Source: Laetmonice hystrix
Lineage: Eukaryota
Direction: 5' to 3'
DNA: 64,000 nt
NCBI GenBank assembly: GCA_965235115.1
Contig: OZ249440.1
Span: 33,358,001 to 33,422,000 of the forward strand
Positions 1-13,296 of this stretch are shown here, in pieces. Within the stretch, counting starts at the first letter, position 1. Each line of letters opens with the position of its first letter. Position numbers and translations under genes: made by a program. Below the pieces are notes generated by a model. The model had not been told where the DNA came from. It ran no database searches and was given only the letters and a program-made list of their open reading frames with translations.

Positions 1-949
1 GTTCGGGATAGCCGAGTGGTCAACGCAAAAAGAGCATTCTTTACAAAAAGACCACTGTACCTTACAAAAAGACCATTATTCAAACAAAAGGACCACAAAT
101 GGTCCTTTCTCATGGAGGGATCTGAATAAAAGGACCACTTTTTAGCCTGGTGTAGCGAGGTTCGGGATAGCCGAGTGTTCAAGGCAAAAAGTGCAAAAAG
201 AGCATTCTTTACTCAAAGACCGCTGGACCTTACAAAAAGACCATTATTCAAACAAAAGGACCACAAATGGTCCTTTCTAATGGAGGGATCTGAATAAAAG
301 GACCACTTTTTAGCCTGGTGTAGCGAGGTTCGGGATAGCCGAGTGTTCAAGGCAAAAAGTGCAAAAAGAGCATTCTTTAGAAAAAGACCGCTGGACCTTA
401 CAAAAAGACCATTATTCAAACAAAAGGACCACAAATGGTCCTTTCTAATGGAGGAATCTGAATAAAAGGACCAATTTTAGCCTGGTGTAGCGAGGCTCGG
501 GATAGCCGAGTGGTCAAGGCAAAAAGTGCAAAAAGAGCATTCTTTAGAAAAATACCACTGGACCTTACAAAAAGACCATTATTCAAACAAAAAGGCCATT
601 AATGGTCCTTTCTCATGGAGGGATCTGAATAAAAGGACCACTTTTTAGCCTGGTGTAGCGAGGTTCGGGATAGCCGAGTGGTCAACGCAAAAAGAGCATT
701 CTTTACAAAAAGACCACTGGACCTTACAAAAAGACCATTATTCAAAGAAAAGGACCACAAATGGTCCTTTTCTCATGGAGGGATCTGAATAAAGGGACCA
801 CCTTTTAGCCTGGTGTAGCGAGGTTCGGGATAGCCGAGTGTTCAAGGCAAAAAGTGCAAAAAGAGCATTCTTTACAAAAAGACCACTGGACCTTACAAAA
901 AGACCATTATTCAAACAAAAGGACCACAAATGGTCCTTTCTCATGGAGG
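1..949. repeat. Satellite array, 159/168-bp monomers (left part; runs off window start)
   Basis: GTTCGGGATAGCCGAG recurs at 1, 160, 328 and onward; monomers differ by a 9-bp GCAAAAAGT indel. Confidence 0.95.
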
Positions 950-3282
950 CACCAGTACCTGATAAATTAACAGCTTGCTTTAATGCGTCTCTGAAGATAG
1001 GGTCTTTCCCAGTCAGCTGGAAGAATGCACTTGTGGTGCCTCTGTTTAAAACGGGGATGTGACGGAAGTGGGGAACTACAGGCCTGTGTCCCTATTGCCA
1101 TTGCCAGGGAAGTTACTGAAGAAATTTGTACATGGGAGAAGATATAAGCATCTGGTAAACAACAACATTTTGGTTGATGAGCAATATGGTTTTAGGCCAG
1201 GTCGTTCCACCTTGGACTCTGTTGCCGAACTAACTGATGACATAATACTTGAGATGAACAAAAGTAACTATACCCTTGCTGCCTTTATAGACCTTAAAAA
1301 GGCTTTTGACACTGTTGATCATTCTATCTTGGTAAAGAAACTGTATAAACTTGGTATCAGAGGCTCCCTGTACAGATGGATTTGTAGCTACCTTGAGCGG
1401 CGAACGCAAAGGGCAATGGTGAACGATAGGGTGTCGAGATCTCTTGTGGGGTTCCTCAGGGGTCGGTCCTTGGCCTGTTACTTTTTATATTGTATACTTA
1501 TGATATGGCGGATAAAATCGGGCACTGTGGTATTAAATTATTTGCAGACGACACTGCCATTTACAGAAGTGGGTCTGATCTGCCGATGGTGCGGCTGCAA
1601 TTACAGAGTAACCTTGATAATCTGTCCAAATGGTGTACAGAAAATAAGCTAACGATAAATGCCAAGAAATCACAATGTGTTTTATTTGATCGCAAGCACA
1701 GAGCAGGCAAAGAAGCCCCAGCAGTTCCCAAGCTCAGGCTTAGTGGGCAGGAATTGGACTTTGTGGACAGTTATAAGTACATGTATCTAGGAGTGATTTT
1801 TGACAAGAACATGACCTTCAACTTACATGCCAGCAATGTATACAAGCTAGCTGCTCATAAAATTTATCTTATGGGCAGGGTCAGGAATTTGTTGACACCT
1901 GGAACCTGCTTGCAAATCTACAAATAAAAAGGCCTACCTTATTTTGATTATGGGGATATTTTTCACAACAAGGTCAATTCCACTATGCTTACCAAAATTC
2001 AGAGGTTACAAAACAGGGCTCTGAGAGTGGTGCTTGCTTCCCAGCCCAGGGAGTCGGTAAAGGAGCTTCGTGCTCGGTGCTCAGTTCCTCAGCTGAAATA
2101 TCGCCGAACTGTGCATGTCAGAAACCTGGCTTTCAAGAGAAGTAGTGATCCTAGATTTAGGGAGGGAACCACTGCCCGTACAAGGGCCAAGGATGGACCC
2201 ATACTCAAATTGGTTCGGGTCAACCATGCTGTTAGGAAGAGTAGTCCCTTGCATCAATGCGCTACTGAATGGAACAACCTACCACTAGATACCAGACTGG
2301 CTGTAGATAAGCAGGGCTTCAAATCAATTCAGAAGCAGTGGCTGAGAACCACCATTGAGCGGGAGGAGGAAGAATGGCATTAAAACTGGCTAATTCCCGG
2401 TGCCCCCCCCCCCCCAACCTTCAGTGACCTAGGAGTGTCTGTCAGAGCCGGTGCACTGGTGTTTGTTATCTGTATGCATCTACCTGTTGTCCAGCCTTCT
2501 CTTCAGCTTCAGTGAATGAATTCAATTTACTTTGAAAAACTGTTGGTAATGGTCGTCTACTTTACAACTCTTAGCCTCTCTGACTCTGAGCGGTGGTGTC
2601 ATTTTTTCAAGATGTTTGCAAGAAACTGTTAATACGTATCTACTTGTCCATCCTTCTCTTCATTCTGGCCCCAGACTCACTCAACAATATGAAATTTACT
2701 TTGAGAAACTGTGTCGGTAAAGGTCTTCCATGTTACTACTCTTAGCCTGTCCGAACAATGGTGTTATCTTCCCAGGATATTTATGAGTGACTGTTAGTGA
2801 CCACTACGCTGTATTACACTGTGCTTACTTAGTGTTTTATACACTGGCTGCCTAATGTATTATGTTTGGTACTCACACTGTCAGAGGCCCCTAGAGAATT
2901 CAGACTGTAATTGTACTCTACTCTTTAGTTTCTTGCCTGGTCACTATAGATCAGTTAATGTCGGTAAGATTTCGACTGTCACTTCAGATTAAACTGTTTA
3001 ATTACTAACTAGCTGGGGTTTTTACATTATGGCACTATGCCAAGTTGTCTATCTAAGCACCGTTGATGACAGAGGGCTGCTGTTTTTATGCAGTATGGGA
3101 TTGTATGTGCTTAACAGGGTTATTACGAGTTTAAGATTGCATGTAAATATGTTCTGAATCCACAGAATAGTTGTTATTGTATTTGGTATACAGCTGCCTT
3201 GGTAAGCTGGGAGGGTTGAAAAGCCGCTTTGCGGAACCCGTTCTTGTAATCCCAGGATAAATAAAAGATTTTTAAAAAACAT
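950..3282 (+). mobile_element. 5'-truncated CR1/L2-type LINE (degenerate RT plus ~900-bp 3' UTR) inserted in the satellite
   Basis: Motifs NYRPVSLL, QYGFRPG, FIDLKKAFDTVDH, LFADD and WNNLP split over frames; stop near 1925; AATAAA and A-rich end near 3260-3280; satellite resumes at 3283. Confidence 0.9.
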
Positions 3283-4884
3283 AAGGACCACTTTTTAGCA
3301 TGATATAGCGAGGTTCGGAATAGCCGAGTGGCCAACGCAAAAAGAGCATTCTTTAGAAAAAGACCACTGGACCTTACAAAAAGACCATTATTCAAACAAA
3401 AGGACCACAAATGGTCCTTTCTCATGGAGGGATCTGAATAAAAGGACCACTTTTTAGCCTGGTGTAGCGAGGTTCGGGATAGCCGAGTGTTCAAGGCAAA
3501 AAGAGCATTCTTTAGAAAAAGACCACTGGACCTTACAAAAAGACCATTATTCAAACAAAAGGACCACAAATGGTCCTTTCTCATGGAGGGATCTGAATAA
3601 AAGGACCACTTTTTAGCCTAGTGTAGCGAGGTTCGGGATAGCCGAGTGTTCAAGGCAAAAAGTGCAAAAAGAGCATTCTTTAGAAAAAGACCACTGGACC
3701 TTACAAAAAGACCATTATTCAAAGAAAAGGACCACAAATGGTCCTTTCTCATGGAGGGATCTGAATAAAAGGACCACTTTTTAGCATGGTATAGCGAGGT
3801 TCGGGATAGCCGAGTGGTCAACGCAAAAAGAGCATTCTTTACAAAAAGACCACTGTACCTTACAAAAAGACCATTATTCAAACAAAAGGACCACAAATGG
3901 TCCTTTCTCATGGAGGGATCTGAATAAAAGGACCACTTTTTAGCCTGGTGTAGCGAGGTTCGGGATAGCCGAGTGTTCAAGGCAAAAAGTGCAAAAAGAG
4001 CATTCTTTACAAAAAGACCGCTGGACCTTACAAAAAGACCATTATTCAAACAAAAGGACCACAAATGGTCCTTTCTCATGGAGGGATCTGAATAAAAGGA
4101 CCACTTTTTAGCCTGGTGTAGCGAGGTTCGGGATAGCCGAGTGTTCAAGGCAAAAAGTGCAAAAAGAGCATTCTTTAAAAAAAGACCGCTGGACCTTACA
4201 AAAAGACCATTATTCAAACAAAAGGACCACAAATGGTCCTTTCTAATGGAGGAATCTGAAGAAAAGGACCACTTTTTAGCCTGGTGTAGCGAGGTTCGGG
4301 ATAGCCGAGTGGTCAAGGCAAAAAGTGCAAAAAGAGCATTCTTTAGAAAAAGACCACTGGACCTTACAAAAAGACCATTATTCAAACAAAAAGGCCATTA
4401 ATGGTCCTTTCTCATGGAGGGATCTGAATAAAAGGACCACTTTTTAGCATGGTGTAACGAGGTTCGGGATACCCGAGTGGTCAACGCAAAAAGAGCATTC
4501 TTTACAAAAAGGCCACTGGACCTTACAAAAAGACCATTATTCAAACAAAAGGACCACAAATGGTCCTTTCTCATGGAGGGATCTGAATAAAAGGACCACT
4601 TTTTAGCCTGGTGTAGCGAGGTTCGGAATAGCCGAGTGGTCAACGCAAAAAGAGCATTCTTTACAAAAAGACCACTGGACCTTACAAAAAGACCATTATT
4701 CAAACAAAAGGACCACAAATGGTCCTTTCTCATGGAGGGATCTGAATAAAAGGACCACTTTTTAGCATGGTATAGCGAGGTTCGGGATAGCCGAGTGGTC
4801 AACGCAAAAAGAGCATTCTTTACAAAAGACCACTGTACCTTACAAAAAGACCATTATTCAAACAAAAGGACCACAAATGGTCCT
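3283..4884. repeat. Satellite array, 159/168-bp monomers (right part)
   Basis: Same monomer as 1-949, about 10 copies. Confidence 0.95.
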
Positions 4885-5292
4885 AGGGCATAGGGCTCTT
4901 ACGTTTAAGAAACCTAACACTGTGAATTAACAATGGGCCTACGTGGACCTTTTGTATGCTGCACATCAACCAAAAGGAGCAAAAGGACCATTTAAAATTA
5001 AAACTCAACTGTCTCTTCTAATAACTATCAGAAACTCCAAATATTTTCAGAACATATTCAGACAATAATACACTTCAACATGAGAGAAAAGAATTTTGAT
5101 TTTAAAATATGTAAAAAAGACCAATTTTTAAAAAAGGACCACGGGTCCTTAACAAAAGGACCAATGGTCCTTAACAAAAAGACCAGTGGTCCTTACAAAA
5201 AGACCAGTGGTCCTTACAAAAAGACCAGTGGTCCTTACAAAAGGACCATTGTGGTCCTTTTTGCACAGTGAAATGCAAACAAAAGGACCACT

Positions 5293-7670
5293 TCCATCCA
5301 TCCATCCATCCATCCATCCATCCATCCATCCATCCATCCATCCATCCATCCATCCATCCATCCATCCATCCATCCATCCATCCATCCATCCATCCATCCA
5401 TCCATCCATCCATCCATCCATCCATCCATCCATCCATCCATCCATCCATCCATCCATCCATCCATCCATCCATCCATCCATCCATCCATCCATCCATCCA
5501 TCCATCCATCCATCCATCCATCCATCCATCCATCCATCCATCCATCCATCCATCCATCCATCCATCCATCCATCCATCCATCCATCCATCCATCCATCCA
5601 TCCATCCATCCATCCATCCATCCATCCATCCATCCATCCATCCATCCATCCATCCATCCATCCATCCATCCATCCATCCATCCATCCATCCATCCATCCA
5701 TCCATCCATCCATCCATCCATCCATCCATCCATCCATCCATCCATCCATCCATCCATCCATCCATCCATCCATCCATCCATCCATCCATCCATCCATCCA
5801 TCCATCCATCCATCCATCCATCCATCCATCCATCCATCCATCCATCCATCCATCCATCCATCCATCCATCCATCCATCCATCCATCCATCCATCCATCCA
5901 TCCATCCATCCATCCATCCATCCATCCATCCATCCATCCATCCATCCATCCATCCATCCATCCATCCATCCATCCATCCATCCATCCATCCATCCATCCA
6001 TCCATCCATCCATCCATCCATCCATCCATCCATCCATCCATCCATCCATCCATCCATCCATCCATCCATCCATCCATCCATCCATCCATCCATCCATCCA
6101 TCCATCCATCCATCCATCCATCCATCCATCCATCCATCCATCCATCCATCCATCCATCCATCCATCCATCCATCCATCCATCCATCCATCCATCCATCCA
6201 TCCATCCATCCATCCATCCATCCATCCATCCATCCATCCATCCATCCATCCATCCATCCATCCATCCATCCATCCATCCATCCATCCATCCATCCATCCA
6301 TCCATCCATCCATCCATCCATCCATCCATCCATCCATCCATCCATCCATCCATCCATCCATCCATCCATCCATCCATCCATCCATCCATCCATCCATCCA
6401 TCCATCCATCCATCCATCCATCCATCCATCCATCCATCCATCCATCCATCCATCCATCCATCCATCCATCCATCCATCCATCCATCCATCCATCCATCCA
6501 TCCATCCATCCATCCATCCATCCATCCATCCATCCATCCATCCATCCATCCATCCATCCATCCATCCATCCATCCATCCATCCATCCATCCATCCATCCA
6601 TCCATCCATCCATCCATCCATCCATCCATCCATCCATCCATCCATCCATCCATCCATCCATCCATCCATCCATCCATCCATCCATCCATCCATCCATCCA
6701 TCCATCCATCCATCCATCCATCCATCCATCCATCCATCCATCCATCCATCCATCCATCCATCCATCCATCCATCCATCCATCCATCCATCCATCCATCCA
6801 TCCATCCATCCATCCATCCATCCATCCATCCATCCATCCATCCATCCATCCATCCATCCATCCATCCATCCATCCATCCATCCATCCATCCATCCATCCA
6901 TCCATCCATCCATCCATCCATCCATCCATCCATCCATCCATCCATCCATCCATCCATCCATCCATCCATCCATCCATCCATCCATCCATCCATCCATCCA
7001 TCCATCCATCCATCCATCCATCCATCCATCCATCCATCCATCCATCCATCCATCCATCCATCCATCCATCCATCCATCCATCCATCCATCCATCCATCCA
7101 TCCATCCATCCATCCATCCATCCATCCATCCATCCATCCATCCATCCATCCATCCATCCATCCATCCATCCATCCATCCATCCATCCATCCATCCATCCA
7201 TCCATCCATCCATCCATCCATCCATCCATCCATCCATCCATCCATCCATCCATCCATCCATCCATCCATCCATCCATCCATCCATCCATCCATCCATCCA
7301 TCCATCCATCCATCCATCCATCCATCCATCCATCCATCCATCCATCCATCCATCCATCCATCCATCCATCCATCCATCCATCCATCCATCCATCCATCCA
7401 TCCATCCATCCATCCATCCATCCATCCATCCATCCATCCATCCATCCATCCATCCATCCATCCATCCATCCATCCATCCATCCATCCATCCATCCATCCA
7501 TCCATCCATCCATCCATCCATCCATCCATCCATCCATCCATCCATCCATCCATCCATCCATCCATCCATCCATCCATCCATCCATCCATCCATCCATCCA
7601 TCCATCCATCCATCCATCCATCCATCCATCCATCCATCCATCCATCCATCCATCCATCCATCCATCCATC
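5293..7670. repeat. Perfect (CCAT)n/(ATGG)n microsatellite, about 2.38 kb
   Basis: Uninterrupted tetranucleotide run, roughly 590 units. Confidence 0.99.
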
Positions 7671-7798
7671 TCCCCAGGGTCTTAAGAGCTCTTCAGATGG
7701 TCAGAGGACATCAAAATGGAGGCCCCCCCAAAGAAAACTAGCTCTCTCTCTGGATGAAAAAAATTCTGGTGCCCATAATGGGTGAAAAAAATTATTTA

Positions 7799-10700
7799 TG
7801 GCCCTGTCACACCTTGACGATTTAGCCAGCGTATGCCGACGTATAAGATTTCTCTGAAACGCTGGCATACGCTGAACTTTCGATGTTTTTTTTCAAAGTT
7901 GGGCGTATACATAGCGTATTCATAACGAGTTGGACGTATACATAACATATTAGTAACTTATATAGAACGTTCCGATAACTTACCGACAACTTATACCAAC
8001 GAATGTGTAGCGTGTTGACGGCGTTCACAACGTATGCCCAACGATAGTCTAACGTATGAATAGCGTGTGGCAGCGAATCGCCGACAATTACGTGACGTCA
8101 ATTTTTTCCAGGTCGGGGGGAGGGGAGGTTTTTATGTTTAATTTTTATATTCTATGAATGGAGTGGCGGCATGGCTGTAGGAAAAAGATACCCACGGTAT
8201 TCATGGTCAGACGGCAAATTAGGAAGGTATAGAAGACTATGAACACTTCCAAGCTAGAATTTGAAGAAGAAAACATGAAAATTCTATTAAAGATAGGCCT
8301 CAGTCGTTCTAGTTATAATTGTGCTCCAATCCTGAGAGCATGCAGGGCTGGCCACCCTTGCAAATCCTGGAGCAGAATTCCAACTGATTGGAGAAAAGTG
8401 TCTGGTCTTTGGGGTGTCTTTTTGGGGGGCGGGGGGAAGCCCTTGTCGCAAATGTCATGGTCCTTGTCGCACATTTTTTGCGACAATGCGACAGATGGAC
8501 AGCCCTGGCATGTACTATTTTTGTGGCAATTTTCAATATTTTATTTAATTGCGTTTCCGTGTGACACTGCATTTTCTACCCGTAACCAAGCAAAAGTGAC
8601 AGGGCCTCGACTGAAACGCCATCTGGTGGATGTCATGGCCCATTACGTCACAGCAGGAACTCGCCCACTGAACTGTCACAGACCACCGTCCATTATAAGC
8701 CCATCGCCTGGCACACAGCGAGTCGAGAAAGTGATAAGTATAGTGAGTTAGGTTCCGTTTTTAGTGAGGAGACGGATGTTCTCAACTGAAAATTGATGAA
8801 TGTTGACTTCCATTGGAAATATATAGGCCTACGGAGGCTACGGCAGGCTGCAGCCTGAATTTTTATTCAGGGAGTGCAGCACCGACACACGCAATGGCGA
8901 CTCCAACAGTAAACTGAGTGACAGTGGGACAGTGCTTGTGTCGAGTCTTGAGCTCCCCTTGCTTATACTGGTTATAATCATTATACGAAAGCCGTGTATC
9001 CTCTCATCTATAAGGTCAGTGCATGAAACCGATCAAAAATTTAACTGGCCCAGGTGGCCCTAAGCTTTATCCCTGCTATGTTGTTGCAGGTCGCAACACG
9101 CCAATTAATTCGAAACCCCATTAAACAAAAAGTCAAAAGTAAAAACACTCCTAAACACGACAGCCTAGGCCTATGTACCGGATTAAAACTCCACACTAGT
9201 AAACAAATACCCCTGCTTAATATCTAGTAAATTTTATTCGAATTTTCCGAAACATATAACTGTTTCTGTATAGATCTAGGCCTCGGCTTTCCTAGCGAAA
9301 GCCACGCTATGCACGGCCTGGCTACTGACGGCCAACCGGGCTGCAGTGCCGGTAGGCTGACGCTCTGTCAAAGCTTCGCGTTCAATCACATAGGCGGGGC
9401 GGGACAGCATAATTTTCTTCTTCTTTTTTAATATTTACTGAAATTACTCTTCAAAAACCTCCATGTCCGTGCTGCCCACATTTCTCTAGACTAGTCCGAG
9501 TAATGACGTGCTTCCACTGTCAACTAGTCTAGACTAGAGTAAGTCGAGTACTAACACCACTTAGCACTACCAGTCAGATTCAGGCTAAGGATAGGCCAGC
9601 TTCGGACTGTGCACTTGCTTGGGCAAAAGTTACAGAATAATTCCACCCTAAGACCTAAGTTTTTCCGAGGCCTGTGGCAGCTTGTTTATCATTATAGCTG
9701 ACTTTGAGTTTTACCAGAAGAAAATAGAGTATTCACAAGCACGAGTAAAATTTGCTTTGCTGTGGCGGACAATGCCTCTCTACGCCTAGGCCTAGCCCGA
9801 CGTGTTCCTGTTGTGACGTCACAACTCTCGTTTCTAAGCATCCCCAGCCAGAACTGGCAGAAGTAGGCCCTCTATTATACAGTGGTCTGACACAAATAAC
9901 AATGCAGTCCACAGATGGCGCTTGGATAATGATTTTTGAAACATAAATCTTTGACATAGTAACAACAAGGAGAGTTTTAAAGAAATCACTGAGGCTACGC
10001 TTTAAAGTCTTTGTTCTAATGAAAGTTAAACTTCTGCACATGTTCCACACAGACGACAGTTCAAAACATGAGGCTTATTTTAAATTTCACAGGTCGTTAA
10101 TGGGTTTACAAAGCGCATTATACACTGTTCTTAAGCGGGAAGACGTTGTTTTGACAGTTTTTACACTTTATTTTGTTTGTTTTTTTAAATAACAAATATT
10201 TTTTAACAATCCAGGTCGGGGGCATTTCACAGGTCGGGCGGGGTCGCTAAACAAGTAACTTTTTTTTTATTTGGCACCATGGAGTCTTGAGGAGTACTGA
10301 CGGGTTCCTTCTGTGAACCCCATTTTTATAGGCCTATACCAATTCCCCTAAACGCTGCCAGTACGCTATTATACGGTACCTGCAAGTTAGAAACACGTTC
10401 AGTAAGTTCTCTGGTCGTCCGGAACACGTCCAATACGTCTACATACGTCAATATGCGTTAGAGATAAGTTACAAATACGTTCAAAGCACGTTACTCATAC
10501 GTTGGACATAAGTTGTGGGTACGCTAGACATGATCTTGACGTATGTCGACTTATGAGTAACTTACAAGTAACGTATCTAAACGTGTGTCAACGATCGCAT
10601 AACTTACCTACAACTTATGCCCTGCGTACGCAGGACGTATGAGCCATACGTTGGCATACGTCGAAAATTTTGTGCATGCACAAAATTTCTCGACGACCTC

Positions 10701-10838
10701 ACCGTACTAAGACGTGTATCAGCGTTCATCAGCGTGCTCTTACCTTACCCATAACTTATTCGACGTACGCCAGCGTATTCACCAAATTCTTCGTACGTCG
10801 GCATACGCTGTCTAAATCGTCAAGGTGTGACAGGGCCA
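7799..10838. mobile_element. Non-autonomous PIF/Harbinger-type element, probably with nested insertions
   Basis: ~45-bp TIRs TGGCCCTGTCACACCTTGACGATTTAG / CTAAATCGTCAAGGTGTGACAGGGCCA; TTA on both flanks. Confidence 0.85.
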
Positions 10839-11688
10839 TTAGTTCCTGGATGCCATGGTTGGTTGAAATACACTTAAAGATTAGACGACAAAAATGGTCC
10901 ATGGTCTGTTTAAGGGGTAGTCACCCCACTACACATCTTTCGGTTTTCTAGTAAGTACTTCATGACATCGAAAAGGGCAGGTATGAGTAAATATTTCACC
11001 TGCTTACACCTACTAAGGCGAGACTTTAACAGAACATTTGCTGGAGACAGTGGTTCTGGGCATGTTGATAATCAAGCTTTTAGTCGGTCTAAAATGAATT
11101 TCAGGCTCTGAGATTTCCTGCCGAAACCAAATCTTCCTGCGCCACCCCCATCAACGTCTGTGGGAGATCCAGGGGACCCCGGCCACATTAGATTTTCCTC
11201 TTTTTTATGAAGATACATTATTCCCCTGAAACAAGGATTCCAACCAAATTCTTTTAAAAACATTCCTATATTGTATGTGATAGTAACATAGGGCACAAAG
11301 GGGCCTCTTCAGTCGTCCAGCAGCAACATAACTCTGGGGCAGCCAAATCCCAAAATCCGGGATCCCCCACTGAAGGTTAAATGGTCAACCCTTAGAAAGT
11401 TATGTGTACTCTTCAAGATATCCACTTATATCCACTTATCCGTAACCATGTCCCCACCAGACAAGTGGATGTAAATGGGGCGACAGCCCCGCACCATACC
11501 TGGTTCCGACAACCTGACAAAGGTTGTGTCTTGAAACAGTCAAATTGGAAAGATTCGGATTAAATAAGTATCTCCAGGATATCATAAGTTAGAAGGAGAT
11601 CGACATAATAGTCATTTGGCCAGTTGATAAATATACTTAATGTGCCTCTTTGAGACGTCCATGTTGCGAAACTAGTGGATGTAGCAGG

Positions 11689-11859
11689 CTAGTATCCGTC
11701 CGGACGGCCACCTTTCCTGGCGTCGCTAGTGGCTGTCAGACACGGTTCCTTACAGTAGGGTCGGCACGGTCCGCACCTCGACTCGATCCCCTGAACGACA
11801 CCGAGGGAGTCTTTCTGCTGCAAAACGTGGCCCTTGGCTGCCAGCCCATCCAATACTTC
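11689..11859 (-). CDS. GGT: Gamma-glutamyltranspeptidase, terminal coding exon (exon 3)
   Basis: TTTCCAG acceptor; encodes EVLDGLAAKGH...GVVQGI...ATSDARKGGRPDGY*, the typical GGT C-terminus; phase 0 matches the exon 2 donor. Confidence 0.9.
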   Translation of the reverse strand, partial: EVLDGLAAKGHVLQQKDSLGVVQGIESRCGPCRPYCKEPCLTATSDARKGGRPDGY

Positions 11860-12282
11860 CTGGAAATATCGATAACGAAAACACAGTCATGATCTATAAC
11901 ACCAACCCATCGGGATGGGAAGAGGGGCATAATGTTAGTGGAACACTCACCTGGGTCAGGCCGGGTTGGTGTGGGGGGACGTTATGGATGAGGGGAAGAG
12001 GTAACGGGAACACTCACCTGGGTCAGGCCGGGTTGGTGTAGGAGGACGTTGTGGATGATGGGGAGGTAATGTAACGGGAACACTCACCTGGGTCAGGCCA
12101 GGCTGGTGTAGGAGGACGTTGTGGATGAGGGGAAGGTAATGTAACGCGAACACTCACCTGGGTCAGGCCAGGCTGGTGTAGGAGGACGTTGTGGATGATG
12201 GGATCAGGTAATGTAACGGGAACACTCACCTGGGTCAGGCCAGGCTGGTGTAGGAGGACGTTGTGGATGATGGGGAGGTAAT

Positions 12283-13046
12283 AGAGAGTTTTAGCAGACA
12301 GCACGCATTAGCGGAACGCTAACGTAAACGTATCGTTGTTGCGTGCGCCGTCAACGTACGCCGGGCTGACCAAAATGAGTTTTAGCTGATGCTACTCACC
12401 GTATTGGGGCAGTTACTGTTATGTAGACCTATATTTTAAGCAGAAATTAGGTTTGAATTACTTTAGACAAATACTAACACCAACAGAGGTGTGAGGTTAT
12501 GCTTCATCTCGAAGAAATTATCATTTCCATGTTTCACATGCATGGAAAGCAGGTGTCGCGTACTCAGATCTCCGCCGGTCTCACACGGCAATACATCTGA
12601 CCTGCCGGAGATGTGAGACCGCAGAGATCTAAGACCACGACACAGACCCTCTTTCCGCCGGCCTCACAGCGACCAAGGCCCGGCATGGTCTCAGGCTACC
12701 AGTCACCTTCTTCCCGGTCTCCCCGCGAGGTCCCGAGGGTCAGACATCGTCCACTTAAGAGCCATTGTCGCATAATTAAATCGAAATGTATTATCTAATT
12801 GTAGATATCAATTGAAAGAAAATACCTTGGAGATTGCATCTTTGATGTTTAATAAATCATACTTCTCTTAAATTAAACACAAATACGATGGGTAGATCAT
12901 GTACGTATAAACAGGCTCCGTAACGTTGTTGACGGACGCATATCGCTTATTACCTATGCAGGATCGCGCAGAGTGATGACGTCATACACAGAAAACTTGG
13001 GTTAGCGTTAGCGTTGCTGAGATACGTTTGGTTGCTAAAACTCTCT
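12283..13046. mobile_element. MITE (PHIS/Harbinger-group-like) inserted in the intronic array
   Basis: TIR AGAGAGTTTTAGCA / TGCTAAAACTCTCT; AAT duplicated relative to the empty repeat unit. Confidence 0.85.
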
Positions 13047-13139
13047 AATGTAACGGGAACACTCACCTGGGTCAGGCCAGGCTGGTGTAGGAGGACGTTA
13101 TGGACGAGGGAGAGGTAATGTAACGGAAACACTCACCTG

Positions 13140-13296
13140 GGTCCGGTTTTTAAATCAGAATTTCAGACTTAAGACTGAAACTTCTGTCTGTCTTAATGTT
13201 TTTGATTGGTTCTTCCAGCTGTCCAGCCAATCGGATGCGTTAACACAAATTTTCAGTCTTAATCTTAAGACTGGATTTTGATTTAAAAACCGGGCC
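13140..13296. mobile_element. 157-bp MITE with CTG target duplication in the intronic array
   Basis: TIR GGTCCGGTTTTTAAATC / GATTTAAAAACCGGGCC; CTG on both sides; related partial copy near 52060-52225. Confidence 0.8.

Noticed and set aside
1..4884. CRISPR-like array or repeated ORFs in the satellite
   Set aside because: Whole monomers repeat with no unique spacers and no cas genes; ORFs arise because unit lengths are multiples of three
5149..7741. 800+ aa MDGW and PSIH ORFs
   Set aside because: Artefacts of a stop-free tetranucleotide repeat
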